The translations under genes and the position numbers were made by a program. A DNA stretch of 64,000 nucleotides, from contig CAZDZY010000001.1 of the NCBI GenBank assembly GCA_964510055.1, positions 15,873 through 79,872 of the forward strand, written 5' to 3'. Shown here piece by piece: positions 1-8,462 of this stretch. Every line of letters starts with the position of its first letter. The first letter of the stretch is position 1. This DNA comes from an uncultured Christensenellaceae bacterium. Its GTDB lineage: Bacteria; Bacillota; Clostridia; Christensenellales; SZUA-584. Under the pieces are notes generated by a model. That model was given only the letters and a program-made list of their open reading frames with translations, had not been told where the DNA came from and ran no database searches.

Positions 1-1022
1 GCGCCATACTCGGGGCGGCGATAAAAGCGGATGAGACGGTAACGTTCCAGTACGCTAAGCGCGGGCACTATCTTTTCCCGGGAAGGGAGCATACCGGAGC
101 GCTCATGATAAAAGAGATAGGCGTCGTTTCCGGCATAAATATCGGAAACACGCGCGTTTTAACGAATACGCTGCGGCTCGAAAAGCGCAAGGCGGACACG
201 CACAAGGGGAACTACGGCAAATTAGCCTGCGTAGTGGGCAGCCAGGGCTTTGCGGGCGCCGGGATAATGTGCGTTAAAGCGGCCCTGCGCGCGGGCGCGG
301 GCCTCGTTACCGCCGGCATACCGGCGAGCCTTCAGCCGGTTCTCAGCGCAAGCGTTCCCGAGAGCATGACGTTTGCCCTTTCCGAGGGGTCGGGGAGTTT
401 GGGCGAAGACTGCCTTAACGGCCTTAACGCCCTTATGAAAGACAAGACTGCGCTGGCAGCCGGACCGGGCATATCCGCAAGCGCCGGGGCTAAGAGGGCG
501 GCCAAATTTATGGTGCATAACTATAACATAAGAAAGGTATTCGACGCCGACGCTCTTAATGCGATAGCCGAAGACCCGGATATACTCGTCGCTAAGGTGG
601 GCGACATAGTGCTTACGCCTCATTTGGGAGAATTCGCGAAGCTGTGCGGAGACGATATAGAAAAGATAAACAGCGACCCGATAGGGCTTACGGAGCGGTT
701 CGCCGACAAATACGGGTTAACGCTGTTGTTAAAGGGAGCGACGACTATTGTAACCAACGGCAAAAAAACGGCGCTCGTGCCTTTCGGCAGCCCAGGCATG
801 GCAAAGGGCGGCAGCGGAGACGTGCTTACCGGGGTCATTGCCTCGCTTATGTGCGGAGGCATAAAGGGCGGCATGGCGAGTTTCCCCGCCGCGCTGTACG
901 GCGCGTATATATGCGGCAGGGCGGGCGAGGCCGCGGCAGCCGAAAAGGGCGAGTACTCCATGACGGCTATGGACACGCTGGAGAAGATACCGGAGGTCAT
1001 GAAAGAGATGCAGTGCGGCTGA
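1..1022 (+). CDS. nnr: NAD(P)H-hydrate repair enzyme Nnr, ADP-dependent dehydratase (YjeF C-terminal) part; 5' end lies outside the window
   Basis: The frame of ORF 105..1022 stays open back to nt 3 (AILGAAIKADETVTFQYAKRGHYLFPGREHTGAL, then MIKEIGV), so the listed Met is internal. Dehydratase hallmarks: HKGNYGKL, LTPHLGEF, LKGATT, GSPGMAKGGSGDVLTGVIASL. Confidence 0.85.
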   Translation, partial: AILGAAIKADETVTFQYAKRGHYLFPGREHTGALMIKEIGVVSGINIGNTRVLTNTLRLEKRKADTHKGNYGKLACVVGSQGFAGAGIMCVKAALRAGAGLVTAGIPASLQPVLSASVPESMTFALSEGSGSLGEDCLNGLNALMKDKTALAAGPGISASAGAKRAAKFMVHNYNIRKVFDADALNAIAEDPDILVAKVGDIVLTPHLGEFAKLCGDDIEKINSDPIGLTERFADKYGLTLLLKGATTIVTNGKKTALVPFGSPGMAKGGSGDVLTGVIASLMCGGIKGGMASFPAALYGAYICGRAGEAAAAEKGEYSMTAMDTLEKIPEVMKEMQCG

Positions 1023-1112
1023 AAAGCCGCTTTCTATTACTTGCGTATATTCCAATTATTACTTGTATATCTCTATATACTCATTTATAATTACAGTACA
1101 CAGGAGGCTGGT

Positions 1113-1952
1113 ATGAAAAAAATCGTTTATATTTCAACCGCGTTACTGGCCGCGGCTTATACCGTACTTCTTACACTCGAATTTATTGAAATTATCAATA
1201 AAGATTACGGCTCTTTGATTGCTTTTCACGAAGAAATCGTTACTATTTCAAGCTATTCAATTATTACGGTAACTTCTCTCGTGTTTGCAGCACTGTCGTT
1301 AATACAACTAAAAAAATCAACCCCCAGGCTTATACTTCTTTTCAGCAGCTACGCGTTTTTCAGCTCGGTTGATTTTGTGTTTGCTGAGAAATGGTGGATT
1401 CCATTTTTATATCTTATTGCGGGCTTGCTGCCGGCAGTATTCGAGCTTATAAGGCATGGCCGTCTGGTAAAGATATCTCCTTTGCAGCAACAAAGATACG
1501 ATGGAATGTTAATTGCCGCAGGAGTGCTTTCCATTATTTGCATTGCCTTTCACATCTATGCTTTTTTATCAGATGTACAGTTATATAAAAGGTTTGGATC
1601 CGATATCTTGGCGTCCTATTATTACAATTTCGCTGTCGGCTCTATAAGATTTGTTTGCACAGGTCTATTCTGTTTCTTTAAATACCGCCGCACCGGCGTG
1701 TTTTACCGCATATTTTTTATCGGATCGGCCGCAATTGGCTTTTTATTCTTTCCCTTTTATATCATTGATACCATGATACGCGCTGCAAATGCTACCTATT
1801 CGTATGTGGATCCGTTGCGTATCGTTGGTTCGATGATTCCGTTCGCTCTCGTCTTCCTTATATTGATACAAGCTTTCAAAACAAGGCATGACAGCCTTAT
1901 ATCGCGGGAGCATATGGATATTACCCCGCAGGCGGAAATACCCGTTTCTTAA
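1113..1952 (+). CDS. Polytopic membrane protein of unknown family, tandem paralog 1 of 3
   Basis: AGGAGG precedes ATG 1113; the ORF-track start at 1041 has no SD. There are multiple hydrophobic helices. It shares the motifs QLKK(S/H)TP, IPA(V/I)(F/Y)E, (Y/N/D)RRTG(V)(F/L)YR.FF.G and a C-terminal L(I/L)(Q/H)A(F/L) motif with the next two genes. Confidence 0.7.
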   Translation: MKKIVYISTALLAAAYTVLLTLEFIEIINKDYGSLIAFHEEIVTISSYSIITVTSLVFAALSLIQLKKSTPRLILLFSSYAFFSSVDFVFAEKWWIPFLYLIAGLLPAVFELIRHGRLVKISPLQQQRYDGMLIAAGVLSIICIAFHIYAFLSDVQLYKRFGSDILASYYYNFAVGSIRFVCTGLFCFFKYRRTGVFYRIFFIGSAAIGFLFFPFYIIDTMIRAANATYSYVDPLRIVGSMIPFALVFLILIQAFKTRHDSLISREHMDITPQAEIPVS

Positions 1953-2054
1953 TGATTTATTATTCGGCATCATTCGCTCGATTATGCCAATATCTTCTTG
2001 TAACGCCATTATCCCTCATGTATAATACAGGCTAAGGTAAGACAGGGGGTATTT

Positions 2055-2876
2055 ATGAAACGGATCATATATATATTAGCAGCAATTTTCTCTGCCGTTG
2101 CCGCATTGATATTTATCATCGAGTTTATTTCCGGTATGGGTGAATACAGTGTATATTACGGCGGATTTTTCTTTTATCTCTACCGCTGTCCGGAAATCGC
2201 TGTACTAGTGGTGTTCTCTATATTTTCTGTTGTTCAGCTTAAAAAGCACACCCCGAAGATAATGCTGGTTTTATGCGGATATGTTTTCTTAGAGGCTGCT
2301 CTGACTTTAAACGGCCAATACCTGCTCGGCCTGTTGTTGATGTCTACTGCATTAATACCCGCAATATACGAGTTTTCGCGTTACGGCATGATGGTACGGC
2401 AGCAGCCGAAGAAAAGCGAGAAGCGCCGCTGGCTGCTTGCGGCCGGGGCGGCGCTTGCGCTGGGGCTTACCGCTTACAGGGTATTCTTAAGTATCATGCA
2501 GGCTGTCAGGATCGAATACGATGGCTCTATAACTTATCCACTGGGGGGCGCCTTAATATATTATCCGTCAGGTATCATCGGCATTGCCGTACTGCTCAGT
2601 GCCGCGGCTTTCTGCTTTTTGACGAATCGCCGCACAGGTGTTCTTTACAGGATGTTTTTCACCGGCTGCATCCTATTCGATGCGCTTAATACGATTTTAC
2701 TCTATTACAACGTTATTTTCCTTAGTGATCATATTCCGGATACGTCGGTAAGAATATTCGTACTTTTTGAGGCCTTATACGCGCTGTTTATATTGTTTAT
2801 ATTACTGCACGCTCTTTTAACAAGGCGAAGCGGCCTTGTAACGCCGGAAGCGCCGGATATTACGGAACTGGCTTAA
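2055..2876 (+). CDS. Polytopic membrane protein of unknown family, tandem paralog 2 of 3
   Basis: GGGGG lies upstream of ATG 2055. MKRIIYILAAIFSAVAALIFIIEFIS aligns with MKRTIYILTAFISAVTVAVLYIEYIS of the next gene. Shared motifs: IPAIYEFSRYGMMVRQQP and NRRTGVLYRMFFTGCILFDA. Confidence 0.75.
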   Translation: MKRIIYILAAIFSAVAALIFIIEFISGMGEYSVYYGGFFFYLYRCPEIAVLVVFSIFSVVQLKKHTPKIMLVLCGYVFLEAALTLNGQYLLGLLLMSTALIPAIYEFSRYGMMVRQQPKKSEKRRWLLAAGAALALGLTAYRVFLSIMQAVRIEYDGSITYPLGGALIYYPSGIIGIAVLLSAAAFCFLTNRRTGVLYRMFFTGCILFDALNTILLYYNVIFLSDHIPDTSVRIFVLFEALYALFILFILLHALLTRRSGLVTPEAPDITELA

Positions 2877-2907
2877 ACGCGTCCGTGAACGTAACAGGAG
2901 GGCAAAA

Positions 2908-3738
2908 ATGAAACGTACTATATACATTTTAACGGCTTTTATTTCGGCGGTCACCGTCGCGGTACTTTACATTGAGTATATTTCAGAAGTTGATTTATCT
3001 GGCGGATATTTCTTTAGCCCTGAACGCTCGATGCTGATTGCCGCCGTTCTTGCGCTCGTCGTATTGTCAGCGGTCCAGCTTATAAAACACACGCCTGGGT
3101 TAATACTTATCGTTTGCGGATTTGTTTTCATAGCGTCTTCCTCGGCACAGTACAACGATATGTATTACAGCCGGTTCAGCGCTTTGCTGCTCCTGGCCGC
3201 GGCGCTCATACCCGCCGTATACGAGTTCTCGCACCACGGAATGATGGTGAGGCGGGAGCCTATGGCGCAATGGCAGAGCCGCTGGCGCTGGCTTACTAAA
3301 GCCGTGGCAGCGTTGGCCGCTTTCAGGTCCTTTCCTTTTTTGCTGAATATAATGATAGATATCAGGATCAACGCCGGCAGCAACATACTGGGGTCTTACT
3401 CGGCAGATATACTGGGCATATCCGCGCTTATCTGTTTCGCAGTCTTCTGCAGGCTTATGGACCGCCGCACAAGCGCGCTTTACAGGGCGTTCTTCACCGG
3501 CTGTATCATATTCGACGCGGTCCAGACAGTTTTTATCGGTAACAACAGGTTTTTTTCAAATACCTTTCCGAACCAGACAGTCAAGGCGTTGTTTATATTC
3601 CTCGAAATCATATATGTGCTGTTCATATTGCTTATACTCATACACGCGTTTCTATCGAGACGCGCCAGCCTGATATCGCAGGTATATGATGAAGTTTCAC
3701 GGCAGACGGGAACACCGGCCGAAAACATACGGCAATGA
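2908..3738 (+). CDS. Polytopic membrane protein of unknown family, tandem paralog 3 of 3
   Basis: AGGAGG lies upstream of ATG 2908. Motifs IPAVYEFSHHGMMVRREP and DRRTSALYRAFFTGCIIFDA are closest to paralog 2, at DNA level too. Confidence 0.75.
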   Translation: MKRTIYILTAFISAVTVAVLYIEYISEVDLSGGYFFSPERSMLIAAVLALVVLSAVQLIKHTPGLILIVCGFVFIASSSAQYNDMYYSRFSALLLLAAALIPAVYEFSHHGMMVRREPMAQWQSRWRWLTKAVAALAAFRSFPFLLNIMIDIRINAGSNILGSYSADILGISALICFAVFCRLMDRRTSALYRAFFTGCIIFDAVQTVFIGNNRFFSNTFPNQTVKALFIFLEIIYVLFILLILIHAFLSRRASLISQVYDEVSRQTGTPAENIRQ

Positions 3739-3804
3739 TACTTTTCTTAAGGATGCCGGCGTGAAAAGCTATATTATACGGATAAAAAGATTGGAGCAGG
3801 ATAC

Positions 3805-4410
3805 TTGAAAGATCTTATATCGTTATCGAAAACGCTTAAAAGAAGGGGCTTCGAAGTCGAAGTGTGCAGGGATAAAGCTCAGGCGCGCGATGCTGTCAGG
3901 CGGATCATCGAAGCGAACGGCCCTGCCGGCTCGGCAGGGTTCGGCAATTCCGACACGATAAGGAGCCTCGGCTTGTATGATATGCTGTCGGAATATACCC
4001 CGAATATCTATAAACACGAACCGGGAATCGGTTCAGACGCCGACAGAAAGGCGCTCATCTCCGATTATTACTTTTCTTCCGCTAACGCCGTCTCGCTGGA
4101 CGGCCATATAGTGAATATAGACGGCACGGGCAACAGGACTGCGGCCACGTGCTTCGGCCCGAAGCGGCTCATTTATGTTATCGGCAGGAACAAGATAACG
4201 GGAACACTGGAGGAGGCTTTGCGGCGCGCAAAGCAGGCCGCGGCAAAACTTGCCGCAATGGCTAAAAGAAAAACGCCGTGCGCCGTTACCGGGGAGTGCG
4301 GCGACTGCCTTTCGCCGGAATGCGTCTGCGCGATAACAACCATACACAGGAAAAAGCCTTACGGCATAGACATATCAGTCATTTTGATAGACGAAGACCT
4401 GGGGTTATAG
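3805..4410 (+). CDS. LUD-domain (YkgG/LutC-like, DUF162) protein with a Cys-rich C-terminus
   Basis: TTG start after GGAGCAGG. Motifs: NIDGTGNRTAATCFGPKRLIYVIGRNKI followed by KTPCAVTGECGDCLSPECVCA. Ends with tandem stops TAG TAA. Confidence 0.65.
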   Translation: MKDLISLSKTLKRRGFEVEVCRDKAQARDAVRRIIEANGPAGSAGFGNSDTIRSLGLYDMLSEYTPNIYKHEPGIGSDADRKALISDYYFSSANAVSLDGHIVNIDGTGNRTAATCFGPKRLIYVIGRNKITGTLEEALRRAKQAAAKLAAMAKRKTPCAVTGECGDCLSPECVCAITTIHRKKPYGIDISVILIDEDLGL

Positions 4411-4989
4411 TAAACACTTTCCCGGTGCATCTTTCAGCATTGCAGTCATCGGCAGCGCTCCCGCATACGTCTTTATGCTGTAGATGCTCCAAATGTATTT
4501 GACCCCGTCCCTGCCGGAACTCATCTTCGCGAACCATATGTCGTTGTCCAGAAGGTACAGCGTGAAGCCGGGCGAATAATCGGACGGCTCGCAGAGAACG
4601 CACTGGTACTTTTGTTTGTATCTCGAGATATCCGGCGCGCCGGAGATTTCCGGAGCTATGAACAGAGCTTTAAAATCGTTATCTCTGACTTCTGAGAATT
4701 TATAACCGATATCGTAACTTCGTCCTTCCCCCGATGCGCCTGTTATTGTCAGCTTATCTTTCGCAAGCGTGTAGTATTCCTCATAGCCGTCGAAAGCGAG
4801 AAGCGAGCTTAAGCCGTTCATATATATCTGCTTTTCAAATATGTAATTTCCGTAAAACTCTTCCGCTGAAACAGGTAATAGATATGCCGGAACTGCCGCA
4901 AAAATTACGAACACGGCAGCCGCCGCGAGCATCAGGACCGCCGCAGCCCAAAACAACGGCTTTTTCATTAAACCTATTGGACCTTTCAT
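4405..4989 (-). CDS. Signal-anchored extracytoplasmic protein of unknown function, translationally coupled to the BlaI-family repressor gene
   Basis: AAGGAGGAATAGATATG: the SD sits in the last codons of the upstream gene, and the gap between stop and start is 2 nt. One N-terminal TM helix (LFWAAAVLMLAAAAVFVIFAAV) is present. There is no HExxH/M56 motif. Confidence 0.65.
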   Translation of the reverse strand: MKGPIGLMKKPLFWAAAVLMLAAAAVFVIFAAVPAYLLPVSAEEFYGNYIFEKQIYMNGLSSLLAFDGYEEYYTLAKDKLTITGASGEGRSYDIGYKFSEVRDNDFKALFIAPEISGAPDISRYKQKYQCVLCEPSDYSPGFTLYLLDNDIWFAKMSSGRDGVKYIWSIYSIKTYAGALPMTAMLKDAPGKCLL

Positions 4990-4991
4990 AT

Positions 4992-5354
4992 CTATTCCTC
5001 CTTATGGCGGTCGATAAGCTCCTTTAATTGCCGGGCTTCTTCCTCCGATAGCTTTTCCCCGCTTAAAAACGAAGACACAAACAGCGGCAGTGAGCCTTTG
5101 AACGCCCTTTTCATGACAGCGCGGCTCTCGTACTCCTGCGCCTGCTTACGATTTATGAGCGAAGTCACCGTTGCGGCTTCGTTGCTCATTATGCCTTTAT
5201 CGCAAAGTTTTTTCAGAATAGTGTATGTAGTCGTCCGCTTCCAGCCGAGCCTTTCCCCGCTGAGTTTGCAGAGCTCCGGCGAGCCTACGGGCTCACTTTC
5301 CCATATGATATCCGCCAGTTTATACTCGGCGTCCGTCATCTTAATGTCTTTCAT
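4992..5354 (-). CDS. BlaI/MecI/CopY-family winged-helix transcriptional repressor
   Basis: 120 aa. N-terminal wHTH (AEYKLADIIWESEPVGSPELCKLSGERLGWKRTTTYTILKKLCDKGI) and a C-terminal dimerisation helix, the typical size and layout of penicillinase-repressor family members. Confidence 0.8.
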   Translation of the reverse strand: MKDIKMTDAEYKLADIIWESEPVGSPELCKLSGERLGWKRTTTYTILKKLCDKGIMSNEAATVTSLINRKQAQEYESRAVMKRAFKGSLPLFVSSFLSGEKLSEEEARQLKELIDRHKEE

Positions 5355-5372
5355 ATCCTGCTCCTTGTTTTC

Positions 5373-5427
5373 AGTCTATGCTTGTAGACTATGAATTCAG
5401 TCTATAACCTTAGACTTTAAATGTCAA
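5373..5427 (-). promoter_or_regulatory. Putative promoter of the blaI-like operon, with two AGTCTA-N6-TAGACT palindromes as candidate operators
   Basis: On the plus strand: AGTCTAtgcttgTAGACT at 5373..5390 and AGTCTAtaacctTAGACT at 5399..5416. On the minus strand: TTGACA (5427..5422), 17 nt, TAGACT (5404..5399). The distal palindrome therefore covers the spacer and -10, and the proximal one lies between the -10 and the SD. Confidence 0.6.
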
Positions 5428-5530
5428 GAAGAAAAATGGAAATAAACAATATTATCAGTAACAGTGAAAAGGCTTGAGCAAACAGTCCGTTCTTTACTTT
5501 CACGAAATGGAATTAGGTGTCATTTTTTTA

Positions 5531-6049
5531 TTAAGATAATGTGTAAATAATATTTTCTCTATAACTTGTGTCCTTTTCTTTCAATTCTATTATAGAGTTT
5601 TGAATATCAAAATTAATATAAAATTCAGCATAATACTCAGTGTTACTATGAGCATTTAAAAAACATTTAAACTGCACAGCTTCTTTTTCTATATTACCAG
5701 GATTACCTTTTAATGCAGCACATTCAATTAACGTTTCTTTTTGCATTTTTAAATCTACATTTTCAAGCTCATATAAACTAGATAGTGCATTTATAAAGTC
5801 ATCAGAATATCTGCCTAAAGAAATAATCTTTATACCATCCTTATAAAATTTTAAGGTACTTACATCATTGTTAACTATCCCCAACATATTTGATTTTATA
5901 AGAAAACTTAATCCAACTATATTGTCTTTAAATTTTCCAAAGCATTCAATATAATAGCCGCTGAATAAACTTCTCTTTGATTTTGTTATTTGAAATGTTA
6001 AGTCCTCAAATCCTTCTTCTGAATTTTCATTGATTTGTTTATATTCCAT
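5531..6049 (-). CDS. Hypothetical cytoplasmic protein in a very AT-rich islet
   Basis: 172-aa ORF with AGGAGAAACG upstream. No signal peptide, TM helix or motif I recognise. Sampled 60-nt lines have 12/60 and 16/60 G+C, against 42/60 in neighbouring sdaAA. Confidence 0.6.
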   Translation of the reverse strand: MEYKQINENSEEGFEDLTFQITKSKRSLFSGYYIECFGKFKDNIVGLSFLIKSNMLGIVNNDVSTLKFYKDGIKIISLGRYSDDFINALSSLYELENVDLKMQKETLIECAALKGNPGNIEKEAVQFKCFLNAHSNTEYYAEFYINFDIQNSIIELKEKDTSYRENIIYTLS

Positions 6050-6091
6050 TTTTCGTTTCTCCTTTCTTACTTAATCTTTTTCAGGGTTATA

Positions 6092-6466
6092 TTATTCGGA
6101 TACCGCCGATATCTCCTGTTGTATTTTCTTCGGCAGTTTCTTTACTACATATGAATACGAATGGTCTATCATCATTTTCAGTTCCGCATCGGGGACGACG
6201 CCGTTAAGGAATATGGTGTTGAAATACGGCGCGACCTGCGGAGGGCAGTGATAGCCCCGCACTACGGTTCCGGGGTACATTCCGCGGAAGAACTCCCCCG
6301 CCGCCATCTCGCAGTTAAGCGTTAATTTAAGGTCTTCTTTTTTTGGATACACTTGCGCGAACAGCCTGCCCTTAACCTTTACGCAGACGGGTATCTCGCC
6401 GAAAGGATAGTCGATATGCGCACCCGGCTTTAATAGGCAGTGATCCAATATTTCTTTTATGTCCAT
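6092..6466 (-). CDS. MmcQ/YjbR-family protein
   Basis: 124 aa. LLKPGAHIDYPFGEIPVCVKVKGRLFAQVY and the C-terminal HS(Y)xxV pattern are typical of YjbR-like proteins. Confidence 0.7.
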   Translation of the reverse strand: MDIKEILDHCLLKPGAHIDYPFGEIPVCVKVKGRLFAQVYPKKEDLKLTLNCEMAAGEFFRGMYPGTVVRGYHCPPQVAPYFNTIFLNGVVPDAELKMMIDHSYSYVVKKLPKKIQQEISAVSE

Positions 6467-6509
6467 ATCTTTACGCCAAAAAACTTAATGCCTTTGGAGC
6501 CTCTCATAT

Positions 6510-7379
6510 TCACTCTATAACTTTCTTCGCGTAATCGAGCGCAGTCTTCGCGGCCGCAATCCCCCCGAGCGACGTTTCGCGCAGCTCGTGGGGCATCATA
6601 CGCCCCACCTTTGCCATAGCCGCGACAACTTCGTCGAACGGTATAGCGCTCTTTATGCCCGCGAGAGCAAGGTCGGCGGAAAGCATGGCGTTAGCCGTGC
6701 CTGATGCGTTGCGCTTTGAGCAGGGCGATTCCACGAGCCCGGCGACAGGGTCGCAGACAAGCCCCATAACGTTTTTAAGAGCAACGGCCGCGGCTTCTAC
6801 AGCCGTTCGGGGCGCGCCGCCCATCATCTCGACTATCGCGGCGGCAGCCATCGCAGCCGCCGAGCCGCATTCCGCCTGGCACCCGCCGTACGCTCCCGAT
6901 AAAGTCGCGGCGGACTCTATAATCATACCTATGCCTGAAGCGGTAAGCAGCCCTTTTAACAGCGAATCTTCAGGCAGCGAAAACTTCTCGGCTACGCCTA
7001 TTATCGCCGCGGGCAGTATGCCACTCGACCCGGCCGTGGGGGCGGCGCATATCTTTCCCATCGAAGCGTTCACTTCAAGGCACGAAAGCGCGCGCGACAT
7101 GGCGAGCACGAACGCCTCTCCGCATACCGTGTTTTTCCCTTTTGCGTAATCGTACAGTTTCTTCGCGTCGCCGCTGATTAGCCCGCCGCGCGTTTTAAGC
7201 GGTTTCTCCCTCGCGGCCTCGCTCGAGCCGCGCATCACTTCAAGGTATCCGCGCAGCTTCCGCAGAACTTCGTCCTTCGGCGTTTCAGTGACGGCGCACT
7301 CCCTTTCGAGTATTATTTCGCTAATAGCGCACGAGCGCTTCTCACATAGTGCAAGCAATTCTTCAGCGTTTTTAAACAT
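6510..7379 (-). CDS. sdaAA: L-serine dehydratase (iron-sulfur dependent), alpha subunit
   Basis: Motifs CAAPTAGSSGILPAA and GGCQAECGSAAAMAAAA. Lies immediately downstream of the beta subunit gene. Confidence 0.9.
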   Translation of the reverse strand: MFKNAEELLALCEKRSCAISEIILERECAVTETPKDEVLRKLRGYLEVMRGSSEAAREKPLKTRGGLISGDAKKLYDYAKGKNTVCGEAFVLAMSRALSCLEVNASMGKICAAPTAGSSGILPAAIIGVAEKFSLPEDSLLKGLLTASGIGMIIESAATLSGAYGGCQAECGSAAAMAAAAIVEMMGGAPRTAVEAAAVALKNVMGLVCDPVAGLVESPCSKRNASGTANAMLSADLALAGIKSAIPFDEVVAAMAKVGRMMPHELRETSLGGIAAAKTALDYAKKVIE

Positions 7380-7424
7380 TTTTCCTCCCGGCGTTTTCCC
7401 GGAGCCTTGAGCCTCCGGCAGCGA

Positions 7425-8084
7425 TCAAAGCTTAGGCAGGCTTCGTACGCTCTTTATCTCTTTTATCTTTTTTATGCTGTCAACAGCGCCCTGCGGCACA
7501 TCTCCGTCGCATTGTATTGTCATTGAGGCGAGCTCTCCCCTCTGCTGCCGTGATACTTCCATAGCCCCTATGTTTACCCCGAATCTTGCCAGCACGCCCG
7601 AAACTTCAGCGATGACTCCCCGCTTGTCGTTATGCGTTATCACTATCGCCGGGTATTCCCCGCTTAAGGCTATATCAAATCCGTCGTATTCCGTGAGCAT
7701 TATACTGCCGCCGCCAACGGAAGAGCCCGTCACAGTATGTTTTCCTTCCGGCGTATCAAAGAATATCCGCACAGTGTTATCATGCACCTCGCCAAGGTCG
7801 GCAGTCTCGAAAGTTACTTCCTTGCCCGCTTGCTTCGCCAGCCTGAGGGCCTCTTTTAGCCTTTCGTCGCTTTCCCTTATGCCTATAAGGCCCGCCGCAA
7901 TAGCGATATCGGTGCCGTGCCCTTTCCCGGTGGCGGCGAACGAGCCGTGCAGCACGCATCTCGCTTTGCTAAAATCCCCGGCCAGCGAAGCCGCAAGCCT
8001 GGCTATCCTCGCGGCGCCCGCGGTATGCGAACTCGAAGGGCCTATCATAACGGGCCCTAATATATCGAAAACGCTCTCTTTCAT
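7425..8084 (-). CDS. sdaAB: L-serine dehydratase (iron-sulfur dependent), beta subunit with a C-terminal ACT-like domain
   Basis: N-terminal SVFDILGPVMIGPSSSHTAGAARI. C-terminal ACT-like region PAIVITHNDKRGVIAEVSGVLARFGVNI. Confidence 0.9.
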   Translation of the reverse strand: MKESVFDILGPVMIGPSSSHTAGAARIARLAASLAGDFSKARCVLHGSFAATGKGHGTDIAIAAGLIGIRESDERLKEALRLAKQAGKEVTFETADLGEVHDNTVRIFFDTPEGKHTVTGSSVGGGSIMLTEYDGFDIALSGEYPAIVITHNDKRGVIAEVSGVLARFGVNIGAMEVSRQQRGELASMTIQCDGDVPQGAVDSIKKIKEIKSVRSLPKL

Positions 8085-8167
8085 ATGCTTTTCTCCTCGA
8101 AATTATTTTACCACTTAAGCCGGTGGAAAAAAAGAACGGTATATGGGGAAAAAATTTAAATTATTGC

Positions 8168-8197
8168 TTGCATTTTGCAATCATTGTGTGTTACAAT
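8168..8197 (+). promoter_or_regulatory. Sigma-70-type promoter (extended -10) for the small ORF at 8301
   Basis: TTGCAT (8168..8173), 18 nt, then TGt-TACAAT (8189..8197). Confidence 0.45.
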
Positions 8198-8300
8198 ATC
8201 TTCAGGTTGAAGATAATTTTCAGTTCTGAACCCAAAGAAGGGCGCATATACATCTTTGACCGGCATGAAATAGTTATTAATTTATAGGAGGTTTATATAT

Positions 8301-8387
8301 ATGAACTTTATGGAGTTTTACGCTGCATGTTTGGTCACAGCCTTATCGGATGACGTCAGGTTCGTGTCTGAAGACGAAAAGCAGTAA
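8301..8387 (+). CDS. Unannotated 28-codon ORF (MNFMEFYAACLVTALSDDVRFVSEDEKQ)
   Basis: TAGGAGG lies 8 nt upstream of ATG 8301. It has its own promoter upstream and an intrinsic terminator 20 nt downstream. It is too short for the supplied ORF track. Confidence 0.4.
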   Translation: MNFMEFYAACLVTALSDDVRFVSEDEKQ

Positions 8388-8408
8388 ACACTGCTTAAAC
8401 ATGCGGCT

Positions 8409-8436
8409 CCGGAAAATGGTTTTCCGGGGCTTTTAT
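8409..8436 (+). terminator. Intrinsic terminator after the small ORF
   Basis: CCGGAAAA-tgg-TTTTCCGG followed by GGCTTTTATT. Confidence 0.6.
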
Positions 8437-8462
8437 TCTCTAAAGGGGCATGTCTTAAAAGT

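Noticed and set aside
7474-8118. Long plus-strand ORFs antisense to well-supported genes. Examples are 7474..8118 opposite sdaAB, 6655..7149 opposite sdaAA, 17746..18192 and 19717..20316 opposite the 724-aa gene, 20198..20908 opposite the phosphoesterase, 22208..22759 opposite mgsA, 31047..31940 opposite the nucleotidyltransferase, and 50067..50761 opposite the flavoprotein.
   Set aside because: Their translations are low-complexity and rich in Ala/Ser/Pro/Arg. They lack SD sequences, and each lies opposite a gene with clear family motifs. This is typical of spurious open frames on the antisense strand of GC-rich coding DNA.
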